DNA of 64,000 bases, taken from the NCBI RefSeq assembly GCF_009914755.1, contig NC_060926.1, one strand, 5' to 3'. Source of the DNA: the human T2T-CHM13v2.0 reference genome, Homo sapiens. Position numbers and translations under genes: made by a program. Under the pieces are notes generated by a model, which worked only from the letters and a program-made list of their open reading frames with translations, made no database searches and had not been told where the DNA came from. Below are positions 25,947-48,860 of the stretch, piece by piece; positions within the stretch are counted from its first letter, which is position 1, and every line of letters begins with the position of its first letter.

Positions 25947-27784
25947 GATGATGCTAAAGATTTCATGCTAATTGCCTTAGGTATGATAATGATTTTATAT
26001 GTTTTCAGCTGGAGACTGGCTTGAAATAAAAATGTAGAAAAGCGTAGGAAAAAGCATTATTTCAAAGACATGCATCCTGAGGTATTACAGGGAAAAGCAG
26101 TATATCTGCAATTTAATTTCAAATCATTCAAGAAAGGGAGGATATAGAGTTAAAGCAAAATGGTTAAATGTTGGTTAACAGTCGAATCCAAACAGAAGGC
26201 ATATGGGTGTTCACTGTAGTATTCTTTCACCTTTGCTGCATGTTTGAAATTTTTTTTTTTAAGACGGCATTTCACTCTTGTTGCCCAGGCTGAAGTACAA
26301 TGCGCAATCTCAGCTCACTGCAACCTCCGCCTCCAAGGTTGAAGCAATTCTCTTGCCTCAGCTTCCCAAGTAGCTGGGATTACAGGAATGTGCCACCACG
26401 CCCAGCTAATTTTTTTTGTATTTAGTAGGGATGGGGTTTCACCATGTTGGCCAGGCTGGTCTTGAACTCCTGACCTCAGGTGATCCACCTGCCTCGGCCT
26501 CCCAAAGTGCTGGGATTACAGATGTGAGCCACTGCACCTGGCTTGAAATTTCTTAAAGTTGCAAAAAAGTTACCAGAATATTCCATATACCAAAAAAGGA
26601 AAATTGCTGCTCCACCTACTAAGTTGAGAGCAAACAGAGTAGAGAGCAGGTGCCTATAACAACAAACTGCCTAAAGCACAGTTTTGCACGTATCATCCCA
26701 CTCAAGGATCTGCTCAAAATGGTAAGGCATAGAGGCAGGTACTAATGGGACACAAAGTAACAGAAGGCAGTCACACAGACACTAGACTAACTAAACAAGT
26801 TATGAATAAATGAGAGTCACTGAAGACCTCATTAATTGGATTTAGCTGGATTTTAAGGACTGAACAGAATAGGAATAGTGTGAAAGGAAGGAGAATACAA
26901 TCTAGGCAAAGAGTTAATAAGCAACAGCCAAAGATCAGAAATAAACCAAGTCATGAGGGGAATTTTTGTAGAAAATTCATTCTTCAATTTGTATAATGCC
27001 TAGGTTTTAGGAATACAAAAATATAAGGTACTATAGCACGTCTTCAACGTGCTCACAAAGAGCTGGCAGCAGGGACTCATGACTCCCAAGACTTTGAAAG
27101 GCTGAAGTGGGAGGATCGCTTGAGCCTAGGAATTAGAGGCTACAGTGAGCCATGATCATGCCACTGTATTCCAGCCTGGGTGACAAAGTGAGACCCTGTC
27201 TCAGAAAACAAACAAACAAACTAAAAACCAAAGTATTCACAAGTAGTGGAGAAGGTATAGTCAAAATACATTAAAGATATATACAAAATGCTTTAATAGC
27301 AGAGAAAGGAGTGATTAACTTATCAGAGGAATGAGATTGTCAGTAAATTTCAACAAAGATATTTGAGTTAATGTTTAAAACTGAAAATGATGTCACCAAT
27401 TAAATTCATCACAGAAAGAAAAAAAATGTTAACATTTAAAGAATGCCTACTATATATGAGGCACTTTTTACCTTTAGGTTTTATAGTTAACATTCTTATA
27501 TACAAAGAAACTGAAGCTTAGAGAGTTTAATTAACTGACCCAATATAAAAAAGGTAGTTAATGGTGAGCCTGGCATTCAAACCTAGGTCCATTTGCTGCT
27601 GAAACCCATACATGCCCTTTCCAATACTACCTAGCTCTGGGAATTTATAAGCACACAAATCATGAGTACAAGATACAATACAACTTTAGAAAGTCAGTCA
27701 CTACCAGAAAATTAGTAAAATGTTTAAGGGCCAGACAGATGAGAGTAGCACTGCTCAGATTTTCCAATACACTGAAGAGCTTCA

Positions 27785-27910
<126 letters not shown>

Positions 27911-27986
27911 TCATTTGAGGTCAGGAGTTTGAGACCAGCCTGGCCAACATGGTGAAACCCCGCCTCTACTAAAAAATACAAAAATT

Positions 27987-28292
27987 GGCCAGGTGCGGTG
28001 GCTCACGCCTGTAATCCCAGCACTTTGGGAGGCCGAGATGGGCGGATCACGAGGTCAGGAGATCGAGACCATCCTAGCTAACACGGTGAAATCCCGTCTC
28101 TACTAAAAATACAAAAAATTAGCCGGACGCGGTGGCGGGCGCCTATAGTCCCAGCTACTCGGGAGGCTCAGGCAGGAGAATGGCGTGAACCCGGGAGGCG
28201 GAGCTTGCAGCGAGCCAAAGATCGCGCCACTGCACTCCAGCCTGGGCGACAGAGCGAAACTCTTGTCTCAAAAAAAAAAAAAAAAAAAAAAA
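27987..28292 (+). mobile_element. AluY, near-consensus, preceded by an orphan Alu left arm (27851-27986)
   Basis: GGATCACGAGGTCAGGAGATCGAGACCATCC and GAGAATGGCGTGAACCCGGGAGGCGGAGCTTGC, long pure A tail and retained CpGs. Confidence 0.9.
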
Positions 28293-28657
28293 GAATTCCA
28301 GAAACACATTTATAAGTGAAAATTTTTCACTAATATCTTTGTCGTAATCATAAAGCTTTTCTGTAACCTTACTATCCTATTCTGAAATATGAAGCAGTTC
28401 AAACTTCAGCCATAATCAAATAATATTCCACCGCAAAGTAATGGGAAAAGTATATGAACTTATTACTTAGCAAAGAGAGCTCTGAATAAATACCTTAAGT
28501 GCTTAGTAAAAATATAATTAAAGCCTTACGTCAATATAAAACCGTGATGGCAAAATCTGTTTAGTATTTTTCACCAACCAAAGAAAATTATCCAAGTTAA
28601 GCCATCAGCTTCACAGATAAACATTTATTTTTGTCTAAACCATTGTAATATATGTAA

Positions 28658-28975
<318 letters not shown>

Positions 28976-29281
28976 TAAGCCAACTTTCTACCAAAATTCT
29001 TCCTAGGAGTACAGGAAAGACAAGTTAAAATTTCTCCCCAAGTTTCAAGAAGATAGTCTAAATATGGAACTTCAAGTCTCAGCAAAAACTCAAATCTATA
29101 CAATATTTTATCTTCTCCCGGTCAAGGAGACAAAAAAAGCAAAAGTATCTTACAGTAATAAAAAATGGGTAAAATGCAATTAAGGCGAGGAAATGAAAAA
29201 TGCCACAAGAGGTACAACTAGCATAACTGTCACTAAAAGGTTTGAATTAAGTAGGTTTACCACTGCACCATATTCACAGGC

Positions 29282-29328
29282 TATATATACATACACACAC
29301 ACATATATACACATATATATGTATATAT
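29282..29328. repeat. Mixed (TA)n/(CA)n low-complexity repeat
   Basis: TATATATACATACACACACACATATATACACATATATATGTATATATA. Confidence 0.85.
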
Positions 29329-30250
29329 AGCATGCATTAGCTCTCCAGAGTGTACTAAAAAAGTAAAGTCTACGCTCCCCAGAGTTGTTCCTTTCAGTGC
29401 AGGCTTTTTGTTCATATTCTAATGTCTTCCAAAGTTCCTGAACAGTCAACTTAAGATCATGTGTGTAGAAACTACTTTAAAACATTCTTGACAGGCTTTC
29501 TACAAGTAGCCCGTATTTTTCTGATTTGATTTAAATAGATCCAATTACGGAATTCCCTACCGACCTGCCGCCGCCGCCTCCTCCTTACTCCGGAAGGGGC
29601 CACTAATCCCAAGGGTTACAACCAAGTACAAACATTCATTGTCATTTCTTTTAAGAAGGCATGCTAAGATCCTCACTACTTAGTTGCCAGAAGACAACTT
29701 AAAATCAGAAACAGGGATCTAGCACAAACCAAATAGAAATACAACTATTCCAAAAAAGCAGGGCTTTGCCTGTCAAGCTGTAGCCTCATCCTTATAATAA
29801 GCACCGATTTCAAGCCACGATAACATCACGGCTAAGTCTTCAGCTGTTTTGCAGATTTCACGTTAACTTCCCTTGACCCTTTCAACCAACTACTTCAACT
29901 CGGCCCACTTCTTTCCACTCCCGCCCCAAACCTCAGTTAAAATGCATTTCCCTCCAAACTTCACGTCTTAACTGTGGCCTGACTTACGTCTTCTCGTCGC
30001 CACCGCTCCCAGTCAGGGCCTTAGTTCTAACCATGGCCGCTTTTCCCGGTTGGCCTCCAGCCTCCAGCCCCCTCCCATAAGTCTCGAACCTGCCTCGAAC
30101 AGCCGCCCCGAGGTCGATTCTCCCAGTTCCTCCAACCTGTGCCCAGGCGCCCGTCCAGGCCCCCAAAGCACGCAACGGCCGAGCCCGAAAATGGCGGAGA
30201 GTGCCGCTGCCTGCTGCAGGCGAGCAGTCCCGTGTCGCCGCCGCACTCAC

Positions 30251-30400
30251 CGTCTGGCTTTGAGCAGAGCTCCTAAATGGCCAGCGAAGCGTTCGCCTTC
30301 AGAGCCAGAAATGTCTCTCTTGTTTGGTCTCCCCACCCCGATCCTCTCAATCCCGCTCCTCCAAAGGAGCAGCCGCCATCTTCCCCTATGGGCCACCGAA
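30251..30400 (-). other. WDR33: Non-coding first exon (5' UTR) of WDR33; TSS approximate (~30385-30430)
   Basis: The minus strand reads AAGATGGCGGCTGCTCCTTTGGAGG...CTCAAAGCCAGACG|GTGAGT, with a strong 5' splice site at 30250-30245 inside a CpG island. I recall this sequence as the WDR33 5' UTR. The nearby Y4 and ZFP91 pseudogenes fit that recalled locus. Confidence 0.8.
30347..30379 (-). CDS. Candidate 10-codon uORF (MAAAPLEERD*) in exon 1
   Basis: ATG GCG GCT GCT CCT TTG GAG GAG CGG GAT TGA on the minus strand, with the ATG in a GAAGATGGCGGC context. Translation is inferred, not shown. Confidence 0.45.
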   Translation of the reverse strand: MAAAPLEERD

Positions 30401-30899
30401 CGCACGCTCTGGGGTCATCACGCACTGGCGGGACGGCGCTACGTCACGCGCGCCTGGACCGCGGGCCTCTGTGAGGTTCGATCTGCGCATGTGCCTAGGT
30501 GAGGTGCCGAGCCGCGAGACCCTGCAGAGCGCTTCCTTTGTTCCGGAGCGAGTAGGACGCGCTACCTCCTGGAGGAAAGAAGCGACTGCGTTTCGCAGTG
30601 CTGACTTTTTTTTACAGTGTGAGCTAACGTGTATGCTCTGAAAAACACCCCGTTTTCCAGTATGTGAATGAGTATATTTGTACGGGGCCAGTACGGCAGA
30701 CATAGCGGGTCGTTGGACCGAGCCCACCGAGAGTGGATCTGTGGGAAGCCACTGTGGCACCTTGCTGAGTCTGTTCACCCGTGCAGCTAGCTGGTGGCAG
30801 CCCTGGCAGATCCCGGCACACAGTCAGGCTCCACGCCTTACCCGAGCCAGTTGTGCCTCTAGATTACGCCTCGCTTAAAGTCCAGCGACCAAGATAGAA

Positions 30900-31260
30900 A
30901 AACAGCCCCACGATGCAACCATTTTGGAAAACCGCTGCAGTTTCTGCCAAAGCTAAATGTACGCTTACCTTGTGACCCCAGAAATTTCACTTCAAGAGGA
31001 ATGAGTGCATACGTCCACCAAAGGCATGTGCAAGAATGTCCATAGCACGTTTATTCGTAGTAGTAAAAAACTGGTAACCTAAATGTCCATCAGCAGTTGA
31101 GTGGCTAAATTGTGGTGTATCATACAGTGGATTTCTACAGAGAAATAGGAAGTTACGGATAAACGCAACAGCCTGAACGAATAGCAGCTACTGTTAACTT
31201 AGGCACAAAGAAGAGGACGCTGTATGATTCCATTTTGATGAGGTTCAAAATATAACTGCA
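30900..31260 (+). mobile_element. Ancient L1ME-like fragment adjacent to the promoter
   Basis: GCAACCATTTTGGAAAACCG...GTCCACCAAAGGCATGTGCAAGAATGTCCATAGCACGTTTATTCGTAGTAG. Confidence 0.65.
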
Positions 31261-31734
31261 CAGCAAGTTGTTCTCCAGTATGAATCAGGAATCGTACCAG
31301 CCTGGGGAACATGGCGAGATCCCATCTTTGCGCGTCGGGGTGCGTTCCTGTGACCGCCTTCCTGTGATCGTTCCTGTGATGGGTACTTGGGAGACTGGGG
31401 TGGGAGGATCACTTGAGCCCAGGAGTTGGAGGGCGCAGTGAGCCAAGATCGTGCCAGTGCACTTAAGTCTTGGAAGCAGAGTAAGACCCTGTCTCAAAGA
31501 AGTCTTACTTTTGACTCCATAATCCCCTTCCAAAAATCTATTCTAAGGATAGCCTCAGAGATGTGAGTAAGATTTGTGTACTAATCTTTGAGGTATTAAT
31601 GATAGCAAAAAAAAAAGGAAACAGTAGCAGACAGTGATTAAATAATGGCACATCCATACGTAGACTATCATGCAGACATTACACAGTATCTAAAGTTTTT
31701 ATGATAACATCAGAAATGTTTATAAACTTCTATA

Positions 31735-32457
<723 letters not shown>

Positions 32458-33094
32458 TGATATGTGTCTAGAAATATGTAAGGAGGCCAGACAATTCCAG
32501 TTCTGTGTGATGAGCTTAGGTTAGGATGGAAGGAAGCCATGGACACCCTGAGTGCAAGGCAGGAAAGCCAGGATAGAAGGCAGGATTCTCAAGGGCTGAA
32601 GGTAGGGAATGGGGTCAGGAAGGTAACGCTAAGAAGTCCGCTCATCAATTGGGTTTAGAAGTTAGGCAGAAAAGACAAGCAAGTGGTCAGTTCCTAGAAA
32701 TTATACTGGGAGTGGTAGAGGAGGCATTCAGGCAGTGTCCTGATCCCTGAAAATCTTTAAAATGTACTGAATTGGAGGAGCAGTCTAATCAAGGGCAAAA
32801 ATCCTTCACACCTGTAACCTCACAGGCCCCTTCCTGGAAAATTGTTTTTTAAATTGACCAGGAGACAAATGAATCTGTTAAGTATACTGCAAGGATGCAG
32901 TCAGCCATATTCTATATTTTATAAAATTTTACATGTGATACATTTTCTTCCAATAAAAATTTAAAAACTGAGGAAAGAAACTGTTAGAGATTATCTGTTA
33001 CAGGTTAGAGACTTAAGAGGCATATCAACCAAATGGAATGTGTACTCCCTATTTGGGTCCCAATTGAACAAACTGGGGGGAAAAGACATTTTAA

Positions 33095-37087
<3,993 letters not shown>

Positions 37088-37289
37088 TTAGAACCTCCAA
37101 ACAATGTACCAATGTGCTGGGTGTGAAATCCAAACCTCATGAGCCATAATCCAAGTCTGTTTACACCTGAAACAGGTGTTTTCATTTTTCCCTGACTCAA
37201 GAAGCTCCAGCCACTCCAGCTTATTTCTTCTGCACTCATACTTCCACCCATTCTACCTCCCAGTAGCTTTTCTCATAACTGGATCCTTG

Positions 37290-37953
37290 TGATACAGGAG
37301 CTAGAAATAATTTATTTAGGCAGATAGTGAGGGTAGAGGAGTCTTTGGCAAGGCTTTTCTTTTAACAAAAAGCAGCCCCAAAATAACTTCTTTTCTAACA
37401 AAGAGCAGACTGAAAAATCAAGTTGCAGACATTGATAAGCAAGCTAGAAGCTTGCACAGGTGAATGCCGGCAACTGTGCCAATAGTAAAGGGCTACCTTG
37501 AAGCCAGGTATGTTCAACATAGAAGCTCCGTCCTCCCTTTTCTTTTTTTTTTTTTTCGATCCTCCCTTTTCTTTGTCACCGTGTGTACAGTAAAGAACCA
37601 GGCAACATGGTGCCAGCCAGATAGAGAACCCATCTGCATAATAAAAGATTAGGGTGGGGCGGCCAGCCTCTTTGCACAGTATGCAAATGGCACACCTGGT
37701 CCGACCAATCTTTCATACCCTATGTAAATCAAACACCACCTCTTCAAGCTCATCTATAAAACCTCCTGCACTTCATTGCAGAAGCAGCAACCCATTTTCT
37801 CCAGGACACCTCTCTGTGAAGAGATCTCTTCTCTTTCTTTCACCTGTTAAATTTCTGCTCTGAACCTCACTCATTGTGTGTCTGCGTCCTAGTGTTCTGT
37901 GGCTGTGAGACAATGAATCTCAGGTATTTACCCCAGCCAATGACGCCACTTCA
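37290..37953 (+). mobile_element. 5' LTR (LTR9B-like)
   Basis: TG...CA ends, TATAAAA at ~37755 and octamer ATGCAAAT at 37681-37688. Colinear with the 3' LTR. Confidence 0.85.
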
Positions 37954-37956
37954 TTG

Positions 37957-37974
37957 TGGAGGCTCATCCAAGAT
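37957..37974 (+). promoter_or_regulatory. Primer-binding site, tRNA-Pro
   Basis: TGGAGGCTCATCCAAGAT versus canonical TGGGGGCTCGTCCGGGAT (14/18), 3 nt after the LTR end. Confidence 0.75.
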
Positions 37975-38977
37975 CCAAGGTAGATTCATTGGAAGGGTGA
38001 GTATAAGAGCAGACCCCAACCCTTTCCTTTTATTTCGCGGCCTCTCATTCTCCATTTTAAAATTAAACAAAATGCTGGGCATCTGATGGCCATCTATATG
38101 CCTTTAGGGCATGCCACCAATCTCAAGACTCAGGCAGGAAGCTTTCTGGGGAGAATTTAGTGAATCCTTCAGTGCCCTCAGGGTGCTGTGAATGTGGGCT
38201 TTGTTTCAAACTGGTTTCCTTTCACGGAGAGCCTAGCCATCATGTGGGGCTGGAAGAGGTCTAGAGGCAACTCATAGTTCCTGTCCACGGCAACACCCTG
38301 GTGTTACCCAAAGGCTTCTGGACTAACATCAGCCACTGACTGCCTGTTGGGTGTCAGCAACAGGATCTCCAGCTTCTTCTATCACAGTTTTCCTCCCTTC
38401 CTATTTTTGACAGCCACGTCTCCTAAGCCCTCTCTGTATGCAGTGCTGCAGGAACTTTTACAGTTCAGGGAAGTAATTCTGTTACGCAAGACCAGCCAAT
38501 GCCATAGTAACCGGGAATATAGATCAAGGGATTGCCATTTTTGTGATTTTATAGGAACAGAGGGTTCCCTCCCACCCCCATTGAATGTGTCTTTCTTTAC
38601 CCTTGGCCCAGAGAGCACATGGCATTTCAAGGTCAACAGAGCCACCGAGTGGAATAGGAATCCTCTCCATGAAGCACACTGCAGGTCCTTTGCCAAAACA
38701 CTCTAGCTTCCCAATTCTTTTCCCTTTTTGTGCTCCTCTACTAGAAACCAGGCTTTATGTCCCCTTCTCCGAACAGGAAAACTCTGCCTTCAACAGTAAG
38801 GAGAAAAATGTCCTCCAAAACCAAATTTTAGTCTTGATACTGTCCCATCAGCAGAAAAACTGCCATTTGGTCCCTACATTCTTTTAAAGCACCTACTCTG
38901 CCTCAAGTCAAAATGGTACTTCAATATTAAGGGAATTTTATGTCCAGAAGTTAACCACAGTCACTGCCTAAGAATAA

Positions 38978-39205
<228 letters not shown>

Positions 39206-39691
39206 TGACATCAGGTGATCCATCCACCTCGGCCTCCCAAAGTGCTGGAATTACAGGCGTGGGCCACCATGCCCAGCAAGAATAAATACTTTAGTCCAGG
39301 ACATAATAGCTATTTATAGAGCTCAAACCAGCACACTCCCTCCATTAAGGGGCCTTGCCCAAAAGCAACTGTTACATAGTCTTTCCCAAGATCCATTTAT
39401 CAGAGAATCACATGGATCACACAAGTCTAAGAAGTCAAAGGAAAATCACAAGTGGAGGACTGGAGCTGCATGGGTGAGCGTGACTAATACTAATCGCTTA
39501 GTTCCTCCGGTTCCATGGCTGAGGATCAAGTCTGCATCCACAGGCAGCACCTTTAATGGATGCCAGCGCTCAGGAACCAAGGAAGAAAAACAGTTGGGGG
39601 AACAACCCCACTGTCTTCTCATCCACCCTGGGCCATTCCAAAGGAAAGGAAGGAGACCAAAGGAACACCTTTTTCTTGCTTCTCTTTTTCA

Positions 39692-41059
39692 ATGGGTAAC
39701 AGACCATCTTTGGCCTGCACTCCTCTGGAGTGCATACTGAAGCACTGCGACTCCTTTAACCCCAAGACTTTGAAGAAAAACGTGGTGGCTCATTTTCTTT
39801 TGCACAAGGGTATGGCCTTACTAGACCTTTGGAGGTGTTACACAATGGACCCCACTCTTTTAGCAGTCATATCAGGCAGGCCCAAAGGGAATGAATCCCC
39901 AAAACTAGAGAAGCAACTTCCAGGGGAATCATCTGAGGCAGCTGTTCAGTGTATGAACCACTTTTTCCCTCCTTATTTGGGGATCCCTCCAACTGCACCA
40001 TCAGCCCCTCCAGCTCCACTATCTCTAAAACTCTCCACTCCCCCAGCTTCATTCTTACCCCTACAAGAAATGCCCAATGGAGGTAATGCCACTAGGGTTC
40101 AAGTTCCCTTCTCATTGCAGGACTTTAGGCAAATAAAGGGAGGCTTGGGCTGATTTTCTGATGATCCCAATAAGTAGATCCCAATAAGTAGCAGCTTTCC
40201 AAAACTTAACTCAGGTATTTTACCTCTCATGGAGGGATGTTATGCTGCTCTTAAGCCAAAACCTGATCACAGCTGAAAAACAGGCAGCTCTCCAGGCAGC
40301 AGATAAGTTCAGAGATGAGCAATATGTCTCCTATAGTAGGCCAAAAAGGAAAAGAGTAAATAGGGAAAGTCAAGAAATAGGGGAACGATAATTCCCAATG
40401 GGAAGAGAGGCAGTACCTTTTGACAACCCTGATTGGAACCCCAATAACTCCACAGAATGGAACCCTTTTTCTATTCCACAGAATGGAAAAGGAAACACTT
40501 TTCAATGTGCATATTGGAGGGCCTATGAAAACCTAGGACCAAACCTCTTAGTTAAACTGTGCATGTTAGACCAAAAGCCAGATAAGAATCCCACAGCCTT
40601 TATGGAAAAGCTGAGAGAGGCACTAATAAAACACATCTCTTTATTCCCTGATTCAGTCAAGGAACAGCTCATCCTCAAGGACAAGTTTATTATATAGGCA
40701 GCTCCCAGTATTAGAAGGAAATTGCAGAAGCAGGCTATAGGACCAGATAGCACCTTGGAAAACCTCCTGAGGGAGGCCACCTCGGTCTTTTATAAAAGAG
40801 ACCAGGAGGACGCCCAAGATAAAGAAAGGAAACACAAGAGGAAGACAGAGGCTTCTAGTAGCTGCTCTGCGGGCTTGCAAAGTCCAGGATCCCCAAGGTG
40901 CATCCACTAGTTGCTACTGGTGTGGCAAGTCAGAGCACTTTAAGAAGGAGTGCCCAGGCAACAAGAGGAAGCAACCTTGACCCTGTCCAGTCTGTGGCAG
41001 AGACCACTGGAAACTGGACTGCCCCTGGAGATGGAGGTCACTGGGTTCAGAACCAGTCT

Positions 41060-41060
<1 letters not shown>
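39692..41060 (+). pseudogene. ERV gag remnant
   Basis: MGNRPSLACTPLECILKHCDSFNPKTLKK (HERV-W/9-like matrix start), PPPY-like FPPY and RVQVPFSLQDFRQIK. Two Zn knuckles CYWCGKSEHFKKEC and CPVCGRDHWKLDC at 40912-41022. Multiple stops. Confidence 0.85.
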
Positions 41061-44337
<3,277 letters not shown>

Positions 44338-44357
44338 ACAATAAATGCTATATTCTA

Positions 44358-44475
44358 AACCTTAGTGTAAAATTTGTCTCTTATTGCCTAGAAGCAATTG
44401 AACTCCAAATGGTGCTGCAGATGGAACCACATATGGACACGCCCTTCTTCCGAGGACCCTTAAATCAACCCCAGG
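44358..44475 (+). pseudogene. ERV env cytoplasmic-tail remnant
   Basis: Translates NLSVKFVSYCLEAIELQMVLQMEPHMDTPFFRGPLNQP, resembling the HERV-W env C-terminus, just before the PPT. Confidence 0.75.
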
Positions 44476-44599
44476 AAAAGCCCTAGATGCTGTTCCCCAC
44501 GAGATGTGCCTCTTCAGCAGAAAGTAGCCAAAAAAAAAAAGGTTGTCATCCAACACCCCCTAACAACAGTTAGGGTTACCACTCCTGAGGGGGGAGATA

Positions 44600-45534
44600 T
44601 GATACAGGATCTAGAAGAAATTATTTAAGCAGATAGTGAGGGGAAAGGAATCCTTGGAAAGGCTTTCCTTTTAACAAAAAGCACCCACAAAATCATTTCT
44701 TTTCTAACAAAGGGCAGCCTGAAAAAGCGAGTTGCAGACATTGATAAGCAAGCTAGAAGCTTGCACAGGTGAATACTGGCAACTGTGCCAATAGAAAAGG
44801 GCTACCTGGAAGCCAGGTATGTTCAACATGGAAGCGCCGTCTTCCTTTTCTTTGTTACCACATGTACAGTAAAGGAACAGGCAACATGGTGCCGGCCAGG
44901 TAGAGCACCTATTTTCATAATAAAAGATTAGGGTGGAGGTGGCCAGCTTCTTCACATGCTATGCAAATGGAACACCTGTTCCAACCAATCTTTCGTGTCC
45001 TATGTAAATCAAACACCACCTCCTTAAGCTCATCTGTAAAACCTTCTGCACTTCACTGTGGAGGCAGCAACCCATTTTTTTTTGTTTTATAGATGAAGTC
45101 TCACTTTGTCACCCATACTGGAGTGAACTGGCATGATCTCAGCTCACTGCAACCTCCACCTCCCGAGTTCAAGAAATTCTCCTGCCTTGGCCTCACAGGT
45201 AGCTGGGACTACAGGCATGTGCCACCATGCCCAGCTAATTTTTGTATTTTTAGTAGAGACAGGGTTTCATCATGTTGGCCAGGCTTGTCTTGAACTCCTT
45301 ACCTCAAGTAATCCGCCCTCCTCGGCTTCCGAAAGTGCTGGGATTACAGGTGTGAGCCGCTGCGCGTCACCACCAATCCATTTTCTCCAGGACCTCTCTC
45401 TGTGCAGAGAGCTCTTCTCTTTCACCTATTAAACTTCCACTCTGAACCTCACTCTTTGTATATCCGCATCCTAGTGTTCTGTGGCTTTAGACAAGGAACC
45501 TCGAGTATTTACCCAAGACGATGATATCGTTTCA
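44600..45534 (+). mobile_element. 3' LTR (LTR9B-like) interrupted by a minus-strand Alu (~45076-45372)
   Basis: Follows the PPT and aligns with the 5' LTR. ATGCAAAT at 44961-44968. Confidence 0.85.
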
Positions 45535-45581
45535 TTGGCAGCTCAGATACATCTCTGTAAGGAGAGCAATCTCAAGTGCCG

Positions 45582-48860
<3,279 letters not shown>

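Larger units (their letters stand above)
29540..30900 (-). promoter_or_regulatory. CpG-island, TATA-less housekeeping promoter
   Basis: High CpG/GC relative to the flanks. YY1 motifs GCCGCCATCTT (30372-30382) and AAAATGGCGG (30188-30197), CRE-like TACGTCA (30440-30446), NRF1-like TGCGCATGTGC (30484-30494) and ETS CCGGAAG (29590-29596). Confidence 0.88.

Noticed and set aside
29984-30878. ORFs of 65-150 aa across the CpG island
   Set aside because: Expected from stop-poor GC-rich DNA. They show no recognisable homology and cross the exon-1 donor.
31340-31385. Three TTCCTGTGA repeats in a CpG-rich Alu fragment near the promoter
   Set aside because: Explained by local duplication within a degenerate Alu. 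There is no evidence of a regulatory role from sequence alone.
37957-37974. All four PBS mismatches are G>A, suggesting APOBEC3 hypermutation
   Set aside because: Too few sites, and some are explained by CpG decay. A whole-provirus comparison with the consensus would be needed.
39560-40153. 197-aa gag-containing ORF as a possible domesticated gene
   Set aside because: It stops early in capsid, and the downstream gag has multiple stops, frameshifts and duplications.
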